Shown here piece after piece: positions 63,641-64,000 of a stretch of DNA of 64,000 bases. This DNA comes from Callorhinchus milii (Eukaryota), in NCBI RefSeq assembly GCF_018977255.1, contig NW_024704742.1, positions 113,958,001 through 114,022,000 on the forward strand, written 5' to 3'. A program made the position numbers and the translations under genes. Below the pieces are notes generated by a model. The model worked only from the letters and a program-made list of their open reading frames with translations, did no database searches and was not told where the DNA came from. Numbering within the stretch: position 1 is the stretch's first letter; each line of letters opens with the position of its first letter.

Positions 63641-64000
63641 CTGGAGAGACAAGAGAGAAATGCTTAGCCTTGCAGTGAAACTCATCCAGCTGTGTATGTC
63701 ACTAGCATCAGGAATTGCTGGAAGCAAATTTGCACCGTGCCAGCTGCAGACACTGACACCAAGCCAATAATATAGGATCCAGCATCTACATTGCACTTCA
63801 CTGAGGATATGGCAGGGCTCCAGGCAGCAAATCTACATATATTACAGTGCAAGGATGCCAGTGCCTACTTTTCTCAACACACATGAATATATTGAGACTT
63901 TCCTCCTGTAGCAGGTGCTGACGTTCTTCATCTTGTTCAGAAAAAGGCCTAAAATAACAGACATTTTAAATTCCTGTGAAATCGAAGGGAGCAGAGATCA

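Noticed and set aside
1..64000. CRISPR array or prokaryote-type defence/RT system
   Set aside because: Repeats are dispersed retroposon copies, not regularly spaced; all RT sequence is CR1/L2 type; no operon-like gene density

Overview
Vertebrate non-coding DNA (intronic or intergenic), dominated by retrotransposons. The repeat families point to a cartilaginous fish, probably a chimaera such as Callorhinchus; this is an inference. The families are: (i) a tRNA-Ala-headed SINE with an L2-type 3' stem-loop and (TTA)n tail, about 20 copies in short and long variants; (ii) older DeuSINE (SacSINE1/AmnSINE-like) elements; (iii) L2 LINE 3' fragments with (GTT)n tails; (iv) CR1 LINEs, including a near full-length ~4.3 kb copy (ORF1 zinc finger + SGNH esterase, ORF2 APE + RT, frameshifted) nested inside an L2 that itself splits a SINE. 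A hAT-type MITE and a palindromic MITE-like element are also present. I could not confidently identify any host protein-coding gene; a few candidate exons are listed at low confidence. I found no CRISPR array, rRNA or genuine tRNA gene, and no clearly new gene system. The most unusual signals are two cases where ~170-190 bp of a SINE's 3' flank is copied behind another SINE ~6 kb away, several short locally templated insertions, and a ~300 bp unexplained element duplicated 17 kb apart. Boundaries of old repeats are approximate and family names come from recognition, not a database search.
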